A stretch of DNA of 64,000 nt, from the NCBI GenBank assembly GCA_902546615.1, contig CACCKE010000005.1, positions 19-64,018 on the forward strand, given 5' to 3'. The notes under the pieces were generated by a model that was given only the letters and a program-made list of their open reading frames with translations, was not told the origin of the DNA and ran no database searches. The stretch is from an uncultured Pelagibacteraceae bacterium (GTDB taxonomy: Bacteria > Pseudomonadota > Alphaproteobacteria > Pelagibacterales > AG-422-B15). A program made the position numbers and the translations under genes. Below, piece by piece: positions 18,748-29,531 of the stretch (its first letter is position 1; the number at the start of each line of letters is the position of its first letter).

Positions 18748-19790
18748 ATTGAAATAATTTTATCCCAAGTTTTAGATAATGCATTAGTACTATATTCATT
18801 CTTCAAAAAATTACTAATAGAGTAAATATATTTTAATCTTGCTTGCTTTTCTTTTATTAACAAACAAATTTTTGACTCCCATTCGTCTATTGAACTACAA
18901 AGCCAATTAGAGTTAATTGAATTCATTACCCTTAGATGACTATCTGTTTCAGTGGCTATGACAGGTAGTCCTAAAGACCACATAAGTATCATCTTATTTT
19001 CTGGCTTTAAAAGTAATCTTTTTTTATTTGGGATCGGAATAAGTCCAATATCACTTTTTTTTGCAGCTGATGTAAGATTTTCTTTATTCCAATCATAAAA
19101 AATTATTTCTATTCCAGTATTGTTGAATAGTTTTTGTAATAAATTTGGAGTAGAAAAACAAATATATTGACCGCCTAAAATACAATATTTTTTATCTGTT
19201 ACAATATGTAATTTAATTTTATAACCTTTTATCTTAGTTAATATTTTTTTTATTAATAAAAATATTTCAATATTTGAATGAGATTGACCTTCCCAGAAAA
19301 AATTAATTTCATTATTTTTAATTTCCCATTCAGTTTTTTTATCGTATATATCTTCTTCAAAATAATCTCTTAAAACAAAAATTTTTTTATTAAATTTTTC
19401 TAAAAGTTTTTTTTGCTCAGCACTAGCGCAAATAATTATATCAGAGTAATTAATCATTCTTTTAAAGCTTATTGCATAGCTAAAATCATAATACTTGGAT
19501 TTTCTAAATAAAAAAAAATATATACTTCTCACTATATTATGTAATATTGGATCACTAAGATAAGGATCTGAGGCATCAAAAATTATTTTTGTATCAAAAT
19601 ATTTATTTTTTTTTTTATAGTAGGGCCAATATGTCATATCTGTTTTTCCAGATAGATATAGGATATCATAATGTTTTTCGAAAACTGCTCTTTCTAAATT
19701 GATATTATTAATTTTACAATAATAATAAAATTTTCTTCTATCGCCCGGGTTTCTAAAATCATCAGAATTTGGAACAATGCCTACTTTCAT
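18744..19790 (-). CDS. hypothetical protein, possible GT-B glycosyltransferase
   Basis: The only hint is a C-terminal KPENKMILMWSLGLPVIATETDS segment that resembles the GT-B donor-binding half. 4-nt overlap with rfbF. Confidence 0.45.
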   Translation of the reverse strand: MKVGIVPNSDDFRNPGDRRKFYYYCKINNINLERAVFEKHYDILYLSGKTDMTYWPYYKKKNKYFDTKIIFDASDPYLSDPILHNIVRSIYFFLFRKSKYYDFSYAISFKRMINYSDIIICASAEQKKLLEKFNKKIFVLRDYFEEDIYDKKTEWEIKNNEINFFWEGQSHSNIEIFLLIKKILTKIKGYKIKLHIVTDKKYCILGGQYICFSTPNLLQKLFNNTGIEIIFYDWNKENLTSAAKKSDIGLIPIPNKKRLLLKPENKMILMWSLGLPVIATETDSHLRVMNSINSNWLCSSIDEWESKICLLIKEKQARLKYIYSISNFLKNEYSTNALSKTWDKIISI

Positions 19791-19847
19791 AAGTAAATCT
19801 CAAAATTAATTAATTTTTTGTATTTTCAAATTTTTCATCAAATATCT

Positions 19848-20675
19848 TCATTTTTTATAACTCAAACATACCCAATGTGGGACTCTGTCAGAAAATTCAA
19901 TGTTTTCAAATCCTGCATTAATTAGCATCTCAGTAATCTCCCTTTTACTAAATCTTTTTTCAATTCTTGTTCCAAATCGATCTAGAGAATCAGTTTTTAT
20001 AAAATAAAATGATTTATTTCTATAATCAGAAAGAGGTATATTGGATACATTCAATCCTATTTTTTCACTCAAAAGTGCTAATCTAGAGAATGGAAAATAA
20101 ATAAAAAAAGCAAACAAATAACTGATAAGTAGTTTTAGTGGGAAAGGGAACCTTGATGTTAATATTCTGATAATATTTGAAAGTTTCCACAAAAGTGAAT
20201 ACCAGTAGGGTTTATTTTCAAAGTTATAGTATAAATATAATAGAAAAGGTGCACCAGGTTTTAGAAGTTTGGAACAATTAACAATACCATCATAAGTATT
20301 TGGAACATGATGTAAAACACCTAGGCAATACCCAAAATCTTGAGATGACTCAGGAATATTTGTTTCATCAACTGAAGAACATATAAATTTAATGTTTGCT
20401 TTTTTAGAAAGATTATTTTTAGCGACTAAAATTGCAGCTTCACTCGGCTCAATACAGTTTAGTATTTTCACCCTATCAGAAAATATTTTTGCCCATCTTC
20501 CATTTCCACAACCCATATCAAAACCTATACTATTCTTATCAATACTATTGAATGGAAAAATATGAAAATATTGGTCAAAAGCTGATTTCAATTCATCAGC
20601 TGTAAGCGTAGATTGTGTAAAATGAGACCATTCATTCCCAAAATCTTCTACAACTTTTTTGTCAATATTTTTCAC
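19848..20675 (-). CDS. SAM-dependent methyltransferase with C-terminal hydrophobic insertion
   Basis: Motif I GFDMGCGNGRWA, then GYCLGVLHHV. A hydrophobic stretch (LLISYLFAFFIYFPF) is present. Confidence 0.7.
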   Translation of the reverse strand: MKNIDKKVVEDFGNEWSHFTQSTLTADELKSAFDQYFHIFPFNSIDKNSIGFDMGCGNGRWAKIFSDRVKILNCIEPSEAAILVAKNNLSKKANIKFICSSVDETNIPESSQDFGYCLGVLHHVPNTYDGIVNCSKLLKPGAPFLLYLYYNFENKPYWYSLLWKLSNIIRILTSRFPFPLKLLISYLFAFFIYFPFSRLALLSEKIGLNVSNIPLSDYRNKSFYFIKTDSLDRFGTRIEKRFSKREITEMLINAGFENIEFSDRVPHWVCLSYKK

Positions 20676-20682
20676 TTATTTA

Positions 20683-22032
20683 TCAAGATTTATTTTTTAA
20701 ATAGGCTAGATTTCGTTTATTGTTATTGAATATTAACACTAATAGTAATATCAAAAATAGTTCGGTAACATTTCTACTAAGTATATTCATATCTTTAAAA
20801 TCAAAAATGAACATAATCAATAATAAAGGTAAAATTAATGATTTAAATTCATTTTTATTAATATATGACAGAAATATTGAGGTTAGTTTTATATAAAAAA
20901 ATAGATGAAGAAATAATCCAATTAATCCAGTTGAAAATATCAGCTTTATAATTCCAGAGTCACTATGAGCTGATCTTATCATCGAGCCACCAAATAATAG
21001 TTCAAATATTGAGTCAGGAAATTTAAAAAAACTTATTATTTCTCTAAAGCTTCCAACCGCAAAACCTCTTCCATCAATACCAGCTTCATTGATACTTATT
21101 TTAGGATCTATTATATCACTAAAACCATACCTAATTGTTGCTTCGAGTATCGGATAGAAAGCAAGGACTATATAAATAAATGAAAATACGGCTGCTAAAA
21201 ATATTATAGAAGTATGTATAAAGTTTTTATTTTTTAAAACAATTTGTGTAGTTACAAATATACTTAATAAGGTCCCAACTATCATAAATGTTCTACCAGT
21301 ATAAATACCGCTTAAAAATGATATAAAAATTAGGAGCAAATAAATTAAATTTTTTTTATTTCCAGTTACATAAAGATAATAATTTATAATTATATTGAAG
21401 CATAAAAAAAGTGCCGCCTTATCATATGACCTTGCAATTCCAAAGCTCCTATCTTCAATCAGTCTTCCATAAGTACCTCCTTCCATCTTATATTTTAAAT
21501 TTTCAGAACCTATTAGAGTTGTCCATTCGCCATCAATTAAAACAGTGCTAGTATCAAAGATATAATTTAAATCAGATAAATTAGTATAAGATGCAAATAT
21601 AGGTATAAGTTCCTCATATGAAATTTGAAGGAATATGGATATTGAGTGAATTAAAATGCAAAAGGATGTTATTTTTAAAAATGTTCTAACTGATGGATTA
21701 AAAGATAAAATAATTAAAGGCATAAGAATTAAAGTTGACATAACTCTAACTATCCTGCCAATTAAATATAAATCAGATTGATTATGCAGTAATTGCAATA
21801 CAATTGCATAAATTAATATTAAAAATATTATTGATAATAATGAAATGTAGCCTTTTGGAAATACGAAGTTATATTTAGGATAACCAAATAAAATAGCGTA
21901 GCCTAGTAAAAATATAAAAGTAATATCAAAAACACCGTATCTATGCGTAAACAATTGAGAAAATATAAAAATTAAAAATAAAAACCATATAAGAATACTA
22001 TTTATTAGATTCTCTTTAAAATACATTTTCAC
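20683..22032 (-). CDS. polytopic membrane protein, O-antigen polymerase (Wzy)-like
   Basis: More than 10 hydrophobic segments and a large loop carrying RSAHSDSGIIKLIFSTGLIGL, which resembles the Wzy_C H-x-x-x...G motif. Confidence 0.55.
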   Translation of the reverse strand: MKMYFKENLINSILIWFLFLIFIFSQLFTHRYGVFDITFIFLLGYAILFGYPKYNFVFPKGYISLLSIIFLILIYAIVLQLLHNQSDLYLIGRIVRVMSTLILMPLIILSFNPSVRTFLKITSFCILIHSISIFLQISYEELIPIFASYTNLSDLNYIFDTSTVLIDGEWTTLIGSENLKYKMEGGTYGRLIEDRSFGIARSYDKAALFLCFNIIINYYLYVTGNKKNLIYLLLIFISFLSGIYTGRTFMIVGTLLSIFVTTQIVLKNKNFIHTSIIFLAAVFSFIYIVLAFYPILEATIRYGFSDIIDPKISINEAGIDGRGFAVGSFREIISFFKFPDSIFELLFGGSMIRSAHSDSGIIKLIFSTGLIGLFLHLFFYIKLTSIFLSYINKNEFKSLILPLLLIMFIFDFKDMNILSRNVTELFLILLLVLIFNNNKRNLAYLKNKS

Positions 22033-23231
22033 GACAAATATAATTCCAAATACTCTTTACTTGCTATCTTAATTGAAAAATATTTTTGTGAAAGATTAGC
22101 AATTTTTAATCTATTGTATTTTTTTTTAAAAAATATAGACAATTCTTTTGAGTTATTTTTTTTATTTTTTAAAATAATTCCTGCATTAAGCTTTTGAATA
22201 AATTCCTCAGCTCCTCCAACATTTTTTAAAATCACCGGAAGTCCGTATGCAAAATATTCTGCAACTTTAACACCAAATCTTGTTTTAAAATCTGGGCCTC
22301 TTGAAAGAAGATTGATTCCAGCGTCACATGCTTGAAAAATATTTTTGTTTAAACCCTCAATAAATATATAGCAATTTTTTGGTATAAGATAACTATCAAA
22401 AATTTTTTTAAAAAATGGCTCAATTTTTGGCACCACAAAAACAAATATTAATTCATTGTGAAGTATCTTTAATGAAGATATTAATTCTGCATAATTATAA
22501 ATATTGTTCCATATATTTGTTCCAAATGATCCTGTGTATAAGATTGCAAATTTATTTTCAAAATTGAATTGTTTCCTGATTTGTGCCCTCGTTTTTTTTG
22601 AAAAAGTTACCTTTTCTACCGAACCTATTAAATAGATATTTTTAATATTTGTTTTTTTGCATATATTTTTAATTTGGTTCTCCATTGTTTTAGAAACAGT
22701 GATTACAAAATTTGAATTCTTGATAGTTAAATATTCAATTTTTTTCCATAACTTGTATATATCTGACTCATAAGACCATGTCCCAATAGTTATATTTTCC
22801 TCAGGAAGCAAGCTTCTTACATCAAATATTGTTCGATATTTTTTTTCTTTTTTACTTTTTGATGAGACTATAAAACTTGAAATATATGAACGACAGTGGA
22901 CTATTTTAAAGCGGTTGAGATTCATAAATGAAAAAAGTAACTTTAAATATACGATAAGTATATTGAGAAGTGTCTTTTTAGTAAAAAAAAATCTGTTGGG
23001 TAAAGCAAAATAATAGTTTTCAGTTTTTATATTGGAAGCTTTTAGATCACTATTTAAAAGTGCTATTTTTTTATAATAGAAAAAATAAAAGAATGGCTGC
23101 CATATGAATAATAGTGTAATTTCAATGTTACTATTTTTTGCAATTTCTTTTAATAGTTCAATTACTTGATTATTTATGATTCCAGATTGAGGTCTTTCAT
23201 TATACAAAATATAAGCAATTTTATTTTTCAT
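22029..23231 (-). CDS. glycosyltransferase, GT-B (GT4-like)
   Basis: C-terminal GVKVAEYFAYGLPVILKNVGGAEEFI. 4-nt overlaps at both ends. Confidence 0.6.
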   Translation of the reverse strand: MKNKIAYILYNERPQSGIINNQVIELLKEIAKNSNIEITLLFIWQPFFYFFYYKKIALLNSDLKASNIKTENYYFALPNRFFFTKKTLLNILIVYLKLLFSFMNLNRFKIVHCRSYISSFIVSSKSKKEKKYRTIFDVRSLLPEENITIGTWSYESDIYKLWKKIEYLTIKNSNFVITVSKTMENQIKNICKKTNIKNIYLIGSVEKVTFSKKTRAQIRKQFNFENKFAILYTGSFGTNIWNNIYNYAELISSLKILHNELIFVFVVPKIEPFFKKIFDSYLIPKNCYIFIEGLNKNIFQACDAGINLLSRGPDFKTRFGVKVAEYFAYGLPVILKNVGGAEEFIQKLNAGIILKNKKNNSKELSIFFKKKYNRLKIANLSQKYFSIKIASKEYLELYLS

Positions 23232-24316
23232 TTTTTAAAATTAGTGACTGCATTACATACCTCAATAACTTCATCTTGACTCAAATGCTCTCCCATTGGC
23301 AAACTTAAGATTTCTTCGCATATTTTTGATGCATTCTTTATTAAGTTTTTTTGATTTTTATGAACATCTAAATCGGATAATGCTTTAGGGTAATGAATGG
23401 CAGTTTCAATCTCATGATTTTTAAGATGATCAATCAGTTCATTTCGATAATTATTTCTTATGACATAAAGGTGAAATGCATGAATTGAATTCTTATTTAC
23501 ATGTGGAAGGGCAATCGGACTATGATTTGACAAACGATTTATATACATTTTAGCTACTTCATTTCGTCTCTCAATCCAAGAGTCAAGATGTTTTAATTTA
23601 ACATTCAGGATAGCTGCTTGTATCCCATCTAATCTTGAATTACGTCCAATTATTAAATGCTTATGCTTTTCTATCTGGCCATGGTTTGCTATCATTCTAG
23701 CTTTCTTAGCTATTTCTGGATTATTAGTAACAATCGCTCCTCCATCCCCATATGCTCCTAAATTTTTTCCAGGATAAAAACTATAACATCCAACATCTCC
23801 AAAAGTTCCTGCTTTTTTTCCTTCATAAACAGCTCCATGCGCTTGAGCAGAGTCTTCAATTATTTTTAAATCATTTTCATTTGCAATTTTTACAATTTCA
23901 TTCATTTCACAAATCTGTCCGTATAAATGAACGGGCATTATTGCTGAGGTATTATCACTTATTTTTTCTTTAAGATCCTTTTTATCCATGAGATAGTCAT
24001 TTTTTACATCACAAAAAACAACATTATAGCCTAACCTAACTACCGACTCAGATGATGAAATCCAGGAGTTTGCTGGTACAATAATTTCTGATCCTTTTGG
24101 AAGATCGAGACATTCAATTGCTATTTCTAGAGCATCAGTACCATTGGCGACTCCAATGCAGAAATTGCAACCCACATATTTTGAAAAGTTTTCCTCAAAA
24201 AGAGATAAATACTTGCCGCCAACGAAAGCGGCATCATTGATTACAAAAGAAATAGCTTCGTCAATTTCTTTTTTGATTGATAAGTATTGTTTATTTAAAT
24301 CTAAAAATTTTACCAC
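23228..24316 (-). CDS. PLP-dependent sugar aminotransferase, DegT/DnrJ/EryC1 family (WbpE/WlbC-like)
   Basis: KFLDLNKQYLSIKKEIDEAI, GVANGTDALEIA and the SFYPGKNLGAYGDGG lysine motif. Confidence 0.85.
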   Translation of the reverse strand: MVKFLDLNKQYLSIKKEIDEAISFVINDAAFVGGKYLSLFEENFSKYVGCNFCIGVANGTDALEIAIECLDLPKGSEIIVPANSWISSSESVVRLGYNVVFCDVKNDYLMDKKDLKEKISDNTSAIMPVHLYGQICEMNEIVKIANENDLKIIEDSAQAHGAVYEGKKAGTFGDVGCYSFYPGKNLGAYGDGGAIVTNNPEIAKKARMIANHGQIEKHKHLIIGRNSRLDGIQAAILNVKLKHLDSWIERRNEVAKMYINRLSNHSPIALPHVNKNSIHAFHLYVIRNNYRNELIDHLKNHEIETAIHYPKALSDLDVHKNQKNLIKNASKICEEILSLPMGEHLSQDEVIEVCNAVTNFKK

Positions 24317-24322
24317 TGTAAT

Positions 24323-24907
24323 CTAAACCAATTTAAATTTTTTTGCAGGATTCCCAAAAACGATTGTATTACTCTGAATGTTTTTAGTAACTACGCTGCC
24401 AGCACCGATAATGGCATTTTTTCCAATTTTAATGTTTGGTAATATAGTAACATTTGCTCCAATGATACAATTTTCCATGAGCACTGGTGCGGATAAATTT
24501 TCTTTTGTTTCTTTTCTATTTGGATATTTAGCATTAGTTAATACAACATTTGGACCTATCCATACATTCGATTTTAAAATAGTAAATTCAGGTATAAAAA
24601 CATTTGAGTGAATTCTTACGTTATTTCCAATCTTTACATGATGTTCAATTACTGATTGTGTTCCAATGGATACATTATTTCCAATTTCATTTTCTTCTCT
24701 AATATTAACTTTATTGCCTGTTTGAAAATTTGAACCAATTTTATTGCCAGCATAAATATATGTACCGCTTCTCAAGAAAGAGTCTTTCCCTATAGATGTT
24801 GGCTTATTACAATTTTTTGTCTTAATTCCTATTAAACAAAATTCTTCTAATTTTGTATTTTTTCCAAGTTGAACATTGCTATAAATAATAGAGTTCTCAG
24901 ATTTCAT
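24323..24907 (-). CDS. left-handed beta-helix (hexapeptide) N-acetyltransferase, WbpD/WlbB-like
   Basis: Repeated [LIV]-G-x-x-x-x hexapeptides throughout (IGNNVSIGTQSVI, IGNNVRIHSNVFI, IGANVTILPNIKIGKNAIIGAGSVV). Confidence 0.8.
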   Translation of the reverse strand: MKSENSIIYSNVQLGKNTKLEEFCLIGIKTKNCNKPTSIGKDSFLRSGTYIYAGNKIGSNFQTGNKVNIREENEIGNNVSIGTQSVIEHHVKIGNNVRIHSNVFIPEFTILKSNVWIGPNVVLTNAKYPNRKETKENLSAPVLMENCIIGANVTILPNIKIGKNAIIGAGSVVTKNIQSNTIVFGNPAKKFKLV

Positions 24908-25965
24908 TAGTTGCCGAGCTTGATTTCATAATTTAAATCGTCTAAGTATACTTCACGTGAATTCATAGCTGACTCATATATTGCGTTTATTAGCTTCACG
25001 CTCCTACTCCCATGCTCTCCACTCAGAAAACTATTTTTATTATTTAGAATACAATCAACAACATGTTCGTAATACATTTTATGCCCATAACCATATACAT
25101 CTGGTGGATTTTCATTATAAAGTTCATTCATTTCAAGATTCAGTCCTTGATCGCTAAAAGTCCAAGTTTCCAATTTATTCATCGACATACCACTAACAAC
25201 CACAGCACCATTTTCGCCTAAAATCGAAATTGATCCCTCCAAATTTTGAGGTCTAGCACAATTTGTAGCTTCTATGATCCCAAGTGCTCCGTTTTTAAAT
25301 TTTAAATTACAAATTGCTGTATCTTCAGCCTCAATATTAACCAGAGTTTTATTAATTTTTGCATTTAGGCTTTGAACGTCACCGACCATCCAATCAAGCA
25401 TATCAACATGATGACTAGCTTGATTTGAAATTACTCCGCCATCATATTTCCAAGTTCCTCTCCATTCATTTTGATTGTAGTATTTTTGATCTCGTGCCCA
25501 TCTCACTCTGATTGTTGCTAAAATAATTTTGCCAAAAAAATTTTTATCTATTGCCTCTCTTAACTTTAAAATAGGTTTATTAAATCGATTTTGCTTAACT
25601 ACAAACAATCTTGATTTATTCTCGCTACATTTTTTTATCATTTTTTTAGCATCTAGATATTTTAGTGCCATTGGTTTTTCAACTACTATATCACATGAAT
25701 ATTTTGATAATTCTATTACATGGCTAGAATGTAATCCACTTGGGGTAAGGACAGAAACAACATCAATTTCTTCATTTTCCATCATTTTATGTAAATCAGT
25801 AAAGCAAGGAACATTATATAATTCGCCAAACTTTTTAGACTTTTCTTCATTTATATCGCAAACTGCAATTAATGATGCATTATTTATTAAGCTTGAACCA
25901 AGCAGCTTTGCATGTCTTTCTCCAATTCTTCCACATCCAATTATTGCAAATCTTAAATTTTTCAT
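24907..25965 (-). CDS. Gfo/Idh/MocA-family NAD-dependent sugar-nucleotide oxidoreductase, WbpB/WlbA-like
   Basis: RFAIIGCGRIGERH Rossmann motif and the EKPMA motif. The stop abuts the start of the acetyltransferase gene (1-nt overlap). Confidence 0.8.
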   Translation of the reverse strand: MKNLRFAIIGCGRIGERHAKLLGSSLINNASLIAVCDINEEKSKKFGELYNVPCFTDLHKMMENEEIDVVSVLTPSGLHSSHVIELSKYSCDIVVEKPMALKYLDAKKMIKKCSENKSRLFVVKQNRFNKPILKLREAIDKNFFGKIILATIRVRWARDQKYYNQNEWRGTWKYDGGVISNQASHHVDMLDWMVGDVQSLNAKINKTLVNIEAEDTAICNLKFKNGALGIIEATNCARPQNLEGSISILGENGAVVVSGMSMNKLETWTFSDQGLNLEMNELYNENPPDVYGYGHKMYYEHVVDCILNNKNSFLSGEHGSRSVKLINAIYESAMNSREVYLDDLNYEIKLGN

Positions 25966-25970
25966 GAAGT

Positions 25971-27092
25971 TTAATAGTTAGTTCTCTTAAAGATAGTCTT
26001 ATATAAGAATGACATAGGCTTTATATATATTTGATCTGTTTTGAATTCATCATGTGGAACAGGGTCATCTGACATTATTTTTTCAAATTCATTTTCTGAA
26101 AATCCTAATTTTTTTAAGACAAATTTCTTATCTCTTATTAAATCACTAATATCATAAGCAGAGTTATTGAGCTCGTTTTTTGCTTCATCGCGGCTAATTT
26201 CTTCATTTCTTATTAAACAAGACAAATGAGATCTACGTTTATCAACTTTGAATTTTTCTATAAGTACATATGCTTGATAAAACTTAGTAAAAACTGACTC
26301 GTAATGCTTACCACCATAGTATTCCCAATCAAAAAAATCTTTTAGAGTTTTCATAGCTTCTTTTTTACTATAGTTTACTAAATTTAAAGGCTCTTCAAAT
26401 ATACCACCCAAATTAAAATTTTTCATAATAAGCCACTTGAGATTGCTCATTTTAGGGTACGATTTAATTGGTAAGGTGCCAAACTTTTTATGAATTGATT
26501 TAATATTAGTGTAATCCATTTTAGGCCATATCCAGCTAAAAGGTAGGCCATGTTCTGTAACATAATTGGTTCCACTTAAAACAGTATCTAATTTATGTTC
26601 TTTCCTTATTTTAAAGAGTGCAGCAAAGATTGCATGATCTGTTAACATTTCTATATCGATTACTCCTGCTTTAAAAAATGATCTTTGTAAATCTCGAAAC
26701 TCTGGCCAGTCTATTACATAAGTTGTAAGATCAAATTTAGTTATATTAATTATCTTCTTGATATTTTTTACAGCTATTTCAGAATTCCAACCGTTGTCAA
26801 AATGAACACATAGTGGATTTAGACCTATTTTATATGCTAAGTAAGCAACATAAGAACTGTCCACACCTCCACTCAAACCTAAAATGGAATCATACTTAAT
26901 ATTTTTCTTTTTTCTTTTAATTACATTATCTTTTAATATTAAAAGATTTGATTTTTCTTCTTCTTCAGAAAATTTATATAGAGGAATTTTTTCTTTTGCT
27001 TCAATACAATAATTGCAAATACCTTTATGATTAAAATTTATTGATTTATCAGAGGTGTCCATAATACAATCTACACATTCTTGATAAGTCAC
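25971..27092 (-). CDS. N-acetyl sugar amidotransferase (PP-loop ATPase; WbpG/WbuX/PseA-like)
   Basis: N-terminal Cys ribbon (CVDC...CNYC), PP-loop LGLSGGVDSSY, about 373 aa. Confidence 0.8.
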   Translation of the reverse strand: MTYQECVDCIMDTSDKSINFNHKGICNYCIEAKEKIPLYKFSEEEEKSNLLILKDNVIKRKKKNIKYDSILGLSGGVDSSYVAYLAYKIGLNPLCVHFDNGWNSEIAVKNIKKIINITKFDLTTYVIDWPEFRDLQRSFFKAGVIDIEMLTDHAIFAALFKIRKEHKLDTVLSGTNYVTEHGLPFSWIWPKMDYTNIKSIHKKFGTLPIKSYPKMSNLKWLIMKNFNLGGIFEEPLNLVNYSKKEAMKTLKDFFDWEYYGGKHYESVFTKFYQAYVLIEKFKVDKRRSHLSCLIRNEEISRDEAKNELNNSAYDISDLIRDKKFVLKKLGFSENEFEKIMSDDPVPHDEFKTDQIYIKPMSFLYKTIFKRTNY

Positions 27093-27097
27093 AATAA

Positions 27098-27856
27098 TTA
27101 TATTAACTCTTTATTTAAAATATCTTGGGAGGGATAATTGATTAAAACTCCTTTTGTAGCTCCATGATAAACGAACATACTTCCAACTGCAATTCCTGAA
27201 AAGCCTAATAATGAGGCTTTTTTGAGATCATCGATGCTCTTTGCGCCACCGTTTATAACTATCGGTAGTTTAGTTTCCTTAATATGATTAGATGAACATT
27301 TTAATTCTAAACCATCTTGCGTGCCGTCTTTATCTATGTACGTAATTATAATTTCTCCTACTCCTAATTCAGTGCATTTAAGTAGAGCATCTGAAATCTT
27401 TAAACTAGAAAACTTTCTTGACGTGTAATCATATAATCTATTCTTACCAAATAAATCTTTTTTGATATTTATAGATACAACTATACTTTGAGAACCGAAA
27501 TTATTTGAAATCTCTCTAATTTTATCTGGATTATACAAAAATAATTTATTAAATAATACTTTCTCGACTCCAGAGCTAAGAATTTTTTCTACATCATTTA
27601 TACAACTTACTCCCCCACCTATCATCATTGGCATGAAAGCTTCACTAGCAATCTCTTTTATTAATTTAATATTAGGAGATGTTCCATTTTTTGTTGCATC
27701 AATATCGATAATTGCTATTTCATCCACTTCAAGATCATTAAACAATCTAATCGCATTGATTGGATCACCTATATACTTAGGATTTTTAAATTTCGTTGTT
27801 TTATACAAACCATTTTGATGCAGTAAAAGCAATGGCATAACTCTTGTTCTACGCAT
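27098..27856 (-). CDS. imidazole-glycerol-phosphate-synthase cyclase-subunit paralogue (HisF-like, WbuZ type)
   Basis: (beta/alpha)8 HisF-like motifs DEIAIIDIDA, GGGVSCINDV and INGGAKSIDD. It is located in a glycan operon next to a HisH-like gene. Confidence 0.8.
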   Translation of the reverse strand: MRRTRVMPLLLLHQNGLYKTTKFKNPKYIGDPINAIRLFNDLEVDEIAIIDIDATKNGTSPNIKLIKEIASEAFMPMMIGGGVSCINDVEKILSSGVEKVLFNKLFLYNPDKIREISNNFGSQSIVVSINIKKDLFGKNRLYDYTSRKFSSLKISDALLKCTELGVGEIIITYIDKDGTQDGLELKCSSNHIKETKLPIVINGGAKSIDDLKKASLLGFSGIAVGSMFVYHGATKGVLINYPSQDILNKELI

Positions 27857-27858
27857 AT

Positions 27859-28476
27859 TTAAATCTCAATAATATTTTCAAATAATTTGATGCCATACTT
27901 ATGACTTTTTTCAGGGTGAAATTGAATTCCTATTATATTTTCCTTCTCAATAATTGAGTTGAATGGATTTCCATAAAATGTTTCGGCCAAAACATTATTT
28001 TTAGTCTCCGAATCTATATAATATGAGTGTAAAAAATAGAACCTATTCTTAACATCTATTCCTTGAATTATTTTATGATCTCGTAAAATATTTATACTAT
28101 TCCAGCCCATATGTGGCACTCTCAAGTCGGTTTGATTTGAGAATTTAAATTTACAAACTTTAGAATCAAACCAATTTAAGCCATTAGAGTTACCTTCTTC
28201 ACTATAAGAACACATCAACTGAGCTCCTACACATACACCTATAATTGGCTTTCCAGTATCTTTAAACTCGTTAAGCAAATCAAAAAATCCATTTTTTTTC
28301 AATTTGTTTGCACAATGATCAAAAGATCCAACACCTGGTAGAATCAACATATCTATACTTTTTTTATCATTTGGATCTTTTAAAAATTTTGGTTCAGCGC
28401 CAACTTTTTGTAATATATTTGATATAGAACCTAAATTTCCCACACCATAGTCAATTATATAAATCTGTTTATTCAT
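27859..28476 (-). CDS. class I glutamine amidotransferase (HisH-like, WbuY type)
   Basis: IYIIDYGVGNLGS, the nucleophile elbow GVCVGAQLM and QFHPEKS. Confidence 0.85.
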   Translation of the reverse strand: MNKQIYIIDYGVGNLGSISNILQKVGAEPKFLKDPNDKKSIDMLILPGVGSFDHCANKLKKNGFFDLLNEFKDTGKPIIGVCVGAQLMCSYSEEGNSNGLNWFDSKVCKFKFSNQTDLRVPHMGWNSINILRDHKIIQGIDVKNRFYFLHSYYIDSETKNNVLAETFYGNPFNSIIEKENIIGIQFHPEKSHKYGIKLFENIIEI

Positions 28477-28478
28477 TC

Positions 28479-29519
28479 CTAATCTAACTTAATATTATTT
28501 AACTGTTCTTCATAAAAAAATCTTTTGTCAGCAATATCAACGTTAATTATATTTTCTTCTACTAATTTTTCTTTATAAATTTGATTAACGTAAGTAAAAT
28601 TTTTATATTTATAGAAATTGAATTCATGACTTATACCTTCTACTTCTGAAGCAATAATATGTTTACCTAAACACATATATTCAAACAATTTTGATGAAGC
28701 GCATAACTCTAAATTTTTAATTCTTTTATCATATAATGCAACTGCTGATCGACAATTCTTAACAAGTTGTAACACTTTTTGATTACTTATCAATCCAGTA
28801 GTAACAAGAGTCTTGGAAAACTCATTAGTAATTTTATTAGGTATTAAATTATTAGTACTTACGACAAACTTTAGTTTAAGACTTTTTGCAAATTCACAAA
28901 TTTTAATAAATTCATTGTAGTTATTTATATTTCCAGACAAATAGATATATGCATATTTATCAAAAATTAAATTTTCATCTATAATTGGTTTTGATTTTAA
29001 ACACTGAATAATGTCTATACGTAATGGCATATTTTTTATAAGTACTTTCTCAGATAGAACTTTCTTTTCAATATAATTCATCCTTGGAATTGAGGGCACA
29101 AGTAAAACAACATTAGTACTTTTTAAAATTTTGTTAACAAGATACAGTTTTTCAAATCTCATTAATAATATTATTAAAGATTTTAAAATCTTATAAAAAT
29201 TTTTTTGTTTTAAATTAAACAAAATATTTCTTACATAGTGATCAGATATTAAAGAAAATAGATTAATTGAATATAATTCAAGATTTAATAAATAAATTTT
29301 ATTTATTTTTTTTTCTTTATTTTTTTTTAATATTTCTTTTAAAATATTGTTAGGACTAATATCTGAAACTAAAAGAGTGTCTATCTCTTTATTATTTTCA
29401 AAAAAATTAGATTCATCGACTAATTTTAGGTCTAACTTAGAAGATAAAATTTTAATTCTCTCTATATCTGGTGATTGTAAATTTAAATCGATTAAAGAAA
29501 TTCTATTTTTAGAAATCAT
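28479..29519 (-). CDS. hypothetical protein, possible GT-B glycosyltransferase
   Basis: The C-terminal CASSKLFEYMCLGKHIIASEVEG resembles the GT4 E-x7-E region. The N-terminal half has no recognisable motif. Confidence 0.45.
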   Translation of the reverse strand: MISKNRISLIDLNLQSPDIERIKILSSKLDLKLVDESNFFENNKEIDTLLVSDISPNNILKEILKKNKEKKINKIYLLNLELYSINLFSLISDHYVRNILFNLKQKNFYKILKSLIILLMRFEKLYLVNKILKSTNVVLLVPSIPRMNYIEKKVLSEKVLIKNMPLRIDIIQCLKSKPIIDENLIFDKYAYIYLSGNINNYNEFIKICEFAKSLKLKFVVSTNNLIPNKITNEFSKTLVTTGLISNQKVLQLVKNCRSAVALYDKRIKNLELCASSKLFEYMCLGKHIIASEVEGISHEFNFYKYKNFTYVNQIYKEKLVEENIINVDIADKRFFYEEQLNNIKLD

Positions 29520-29531
29520 TGCTTATTTAAA

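Noticed and set aside
25529-25981. A 150-aa plus-strand ORF, together with about 30 other ORF-track entries that lie antisense inside larger genes. Examples are 53033..53479, 36630..36962, 46236..46544, 45477..45761, 9023..9301, 15747..16004, 63157..63632, 67..297 and 4904..5143.
   Set aside because: Each lies wholly inside a longer opposite-strand ORF that has clear family motifs. Their translations are low-complexity (rich in F, L, I, S) with no recognisable motif. They are shadow ORFs in the codon-complement frame.
27098-28476. HisF and HisH as histidine-biosynthesis genes
   Set aside because: They have no his-operon neighbours. They are translationally packed next to a PP-loop N-acetyl-sugar amidotransferase inside a glycan operon. 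This matches the WbuY/WbuZ-type paralogues, not housekeeping HisHF.
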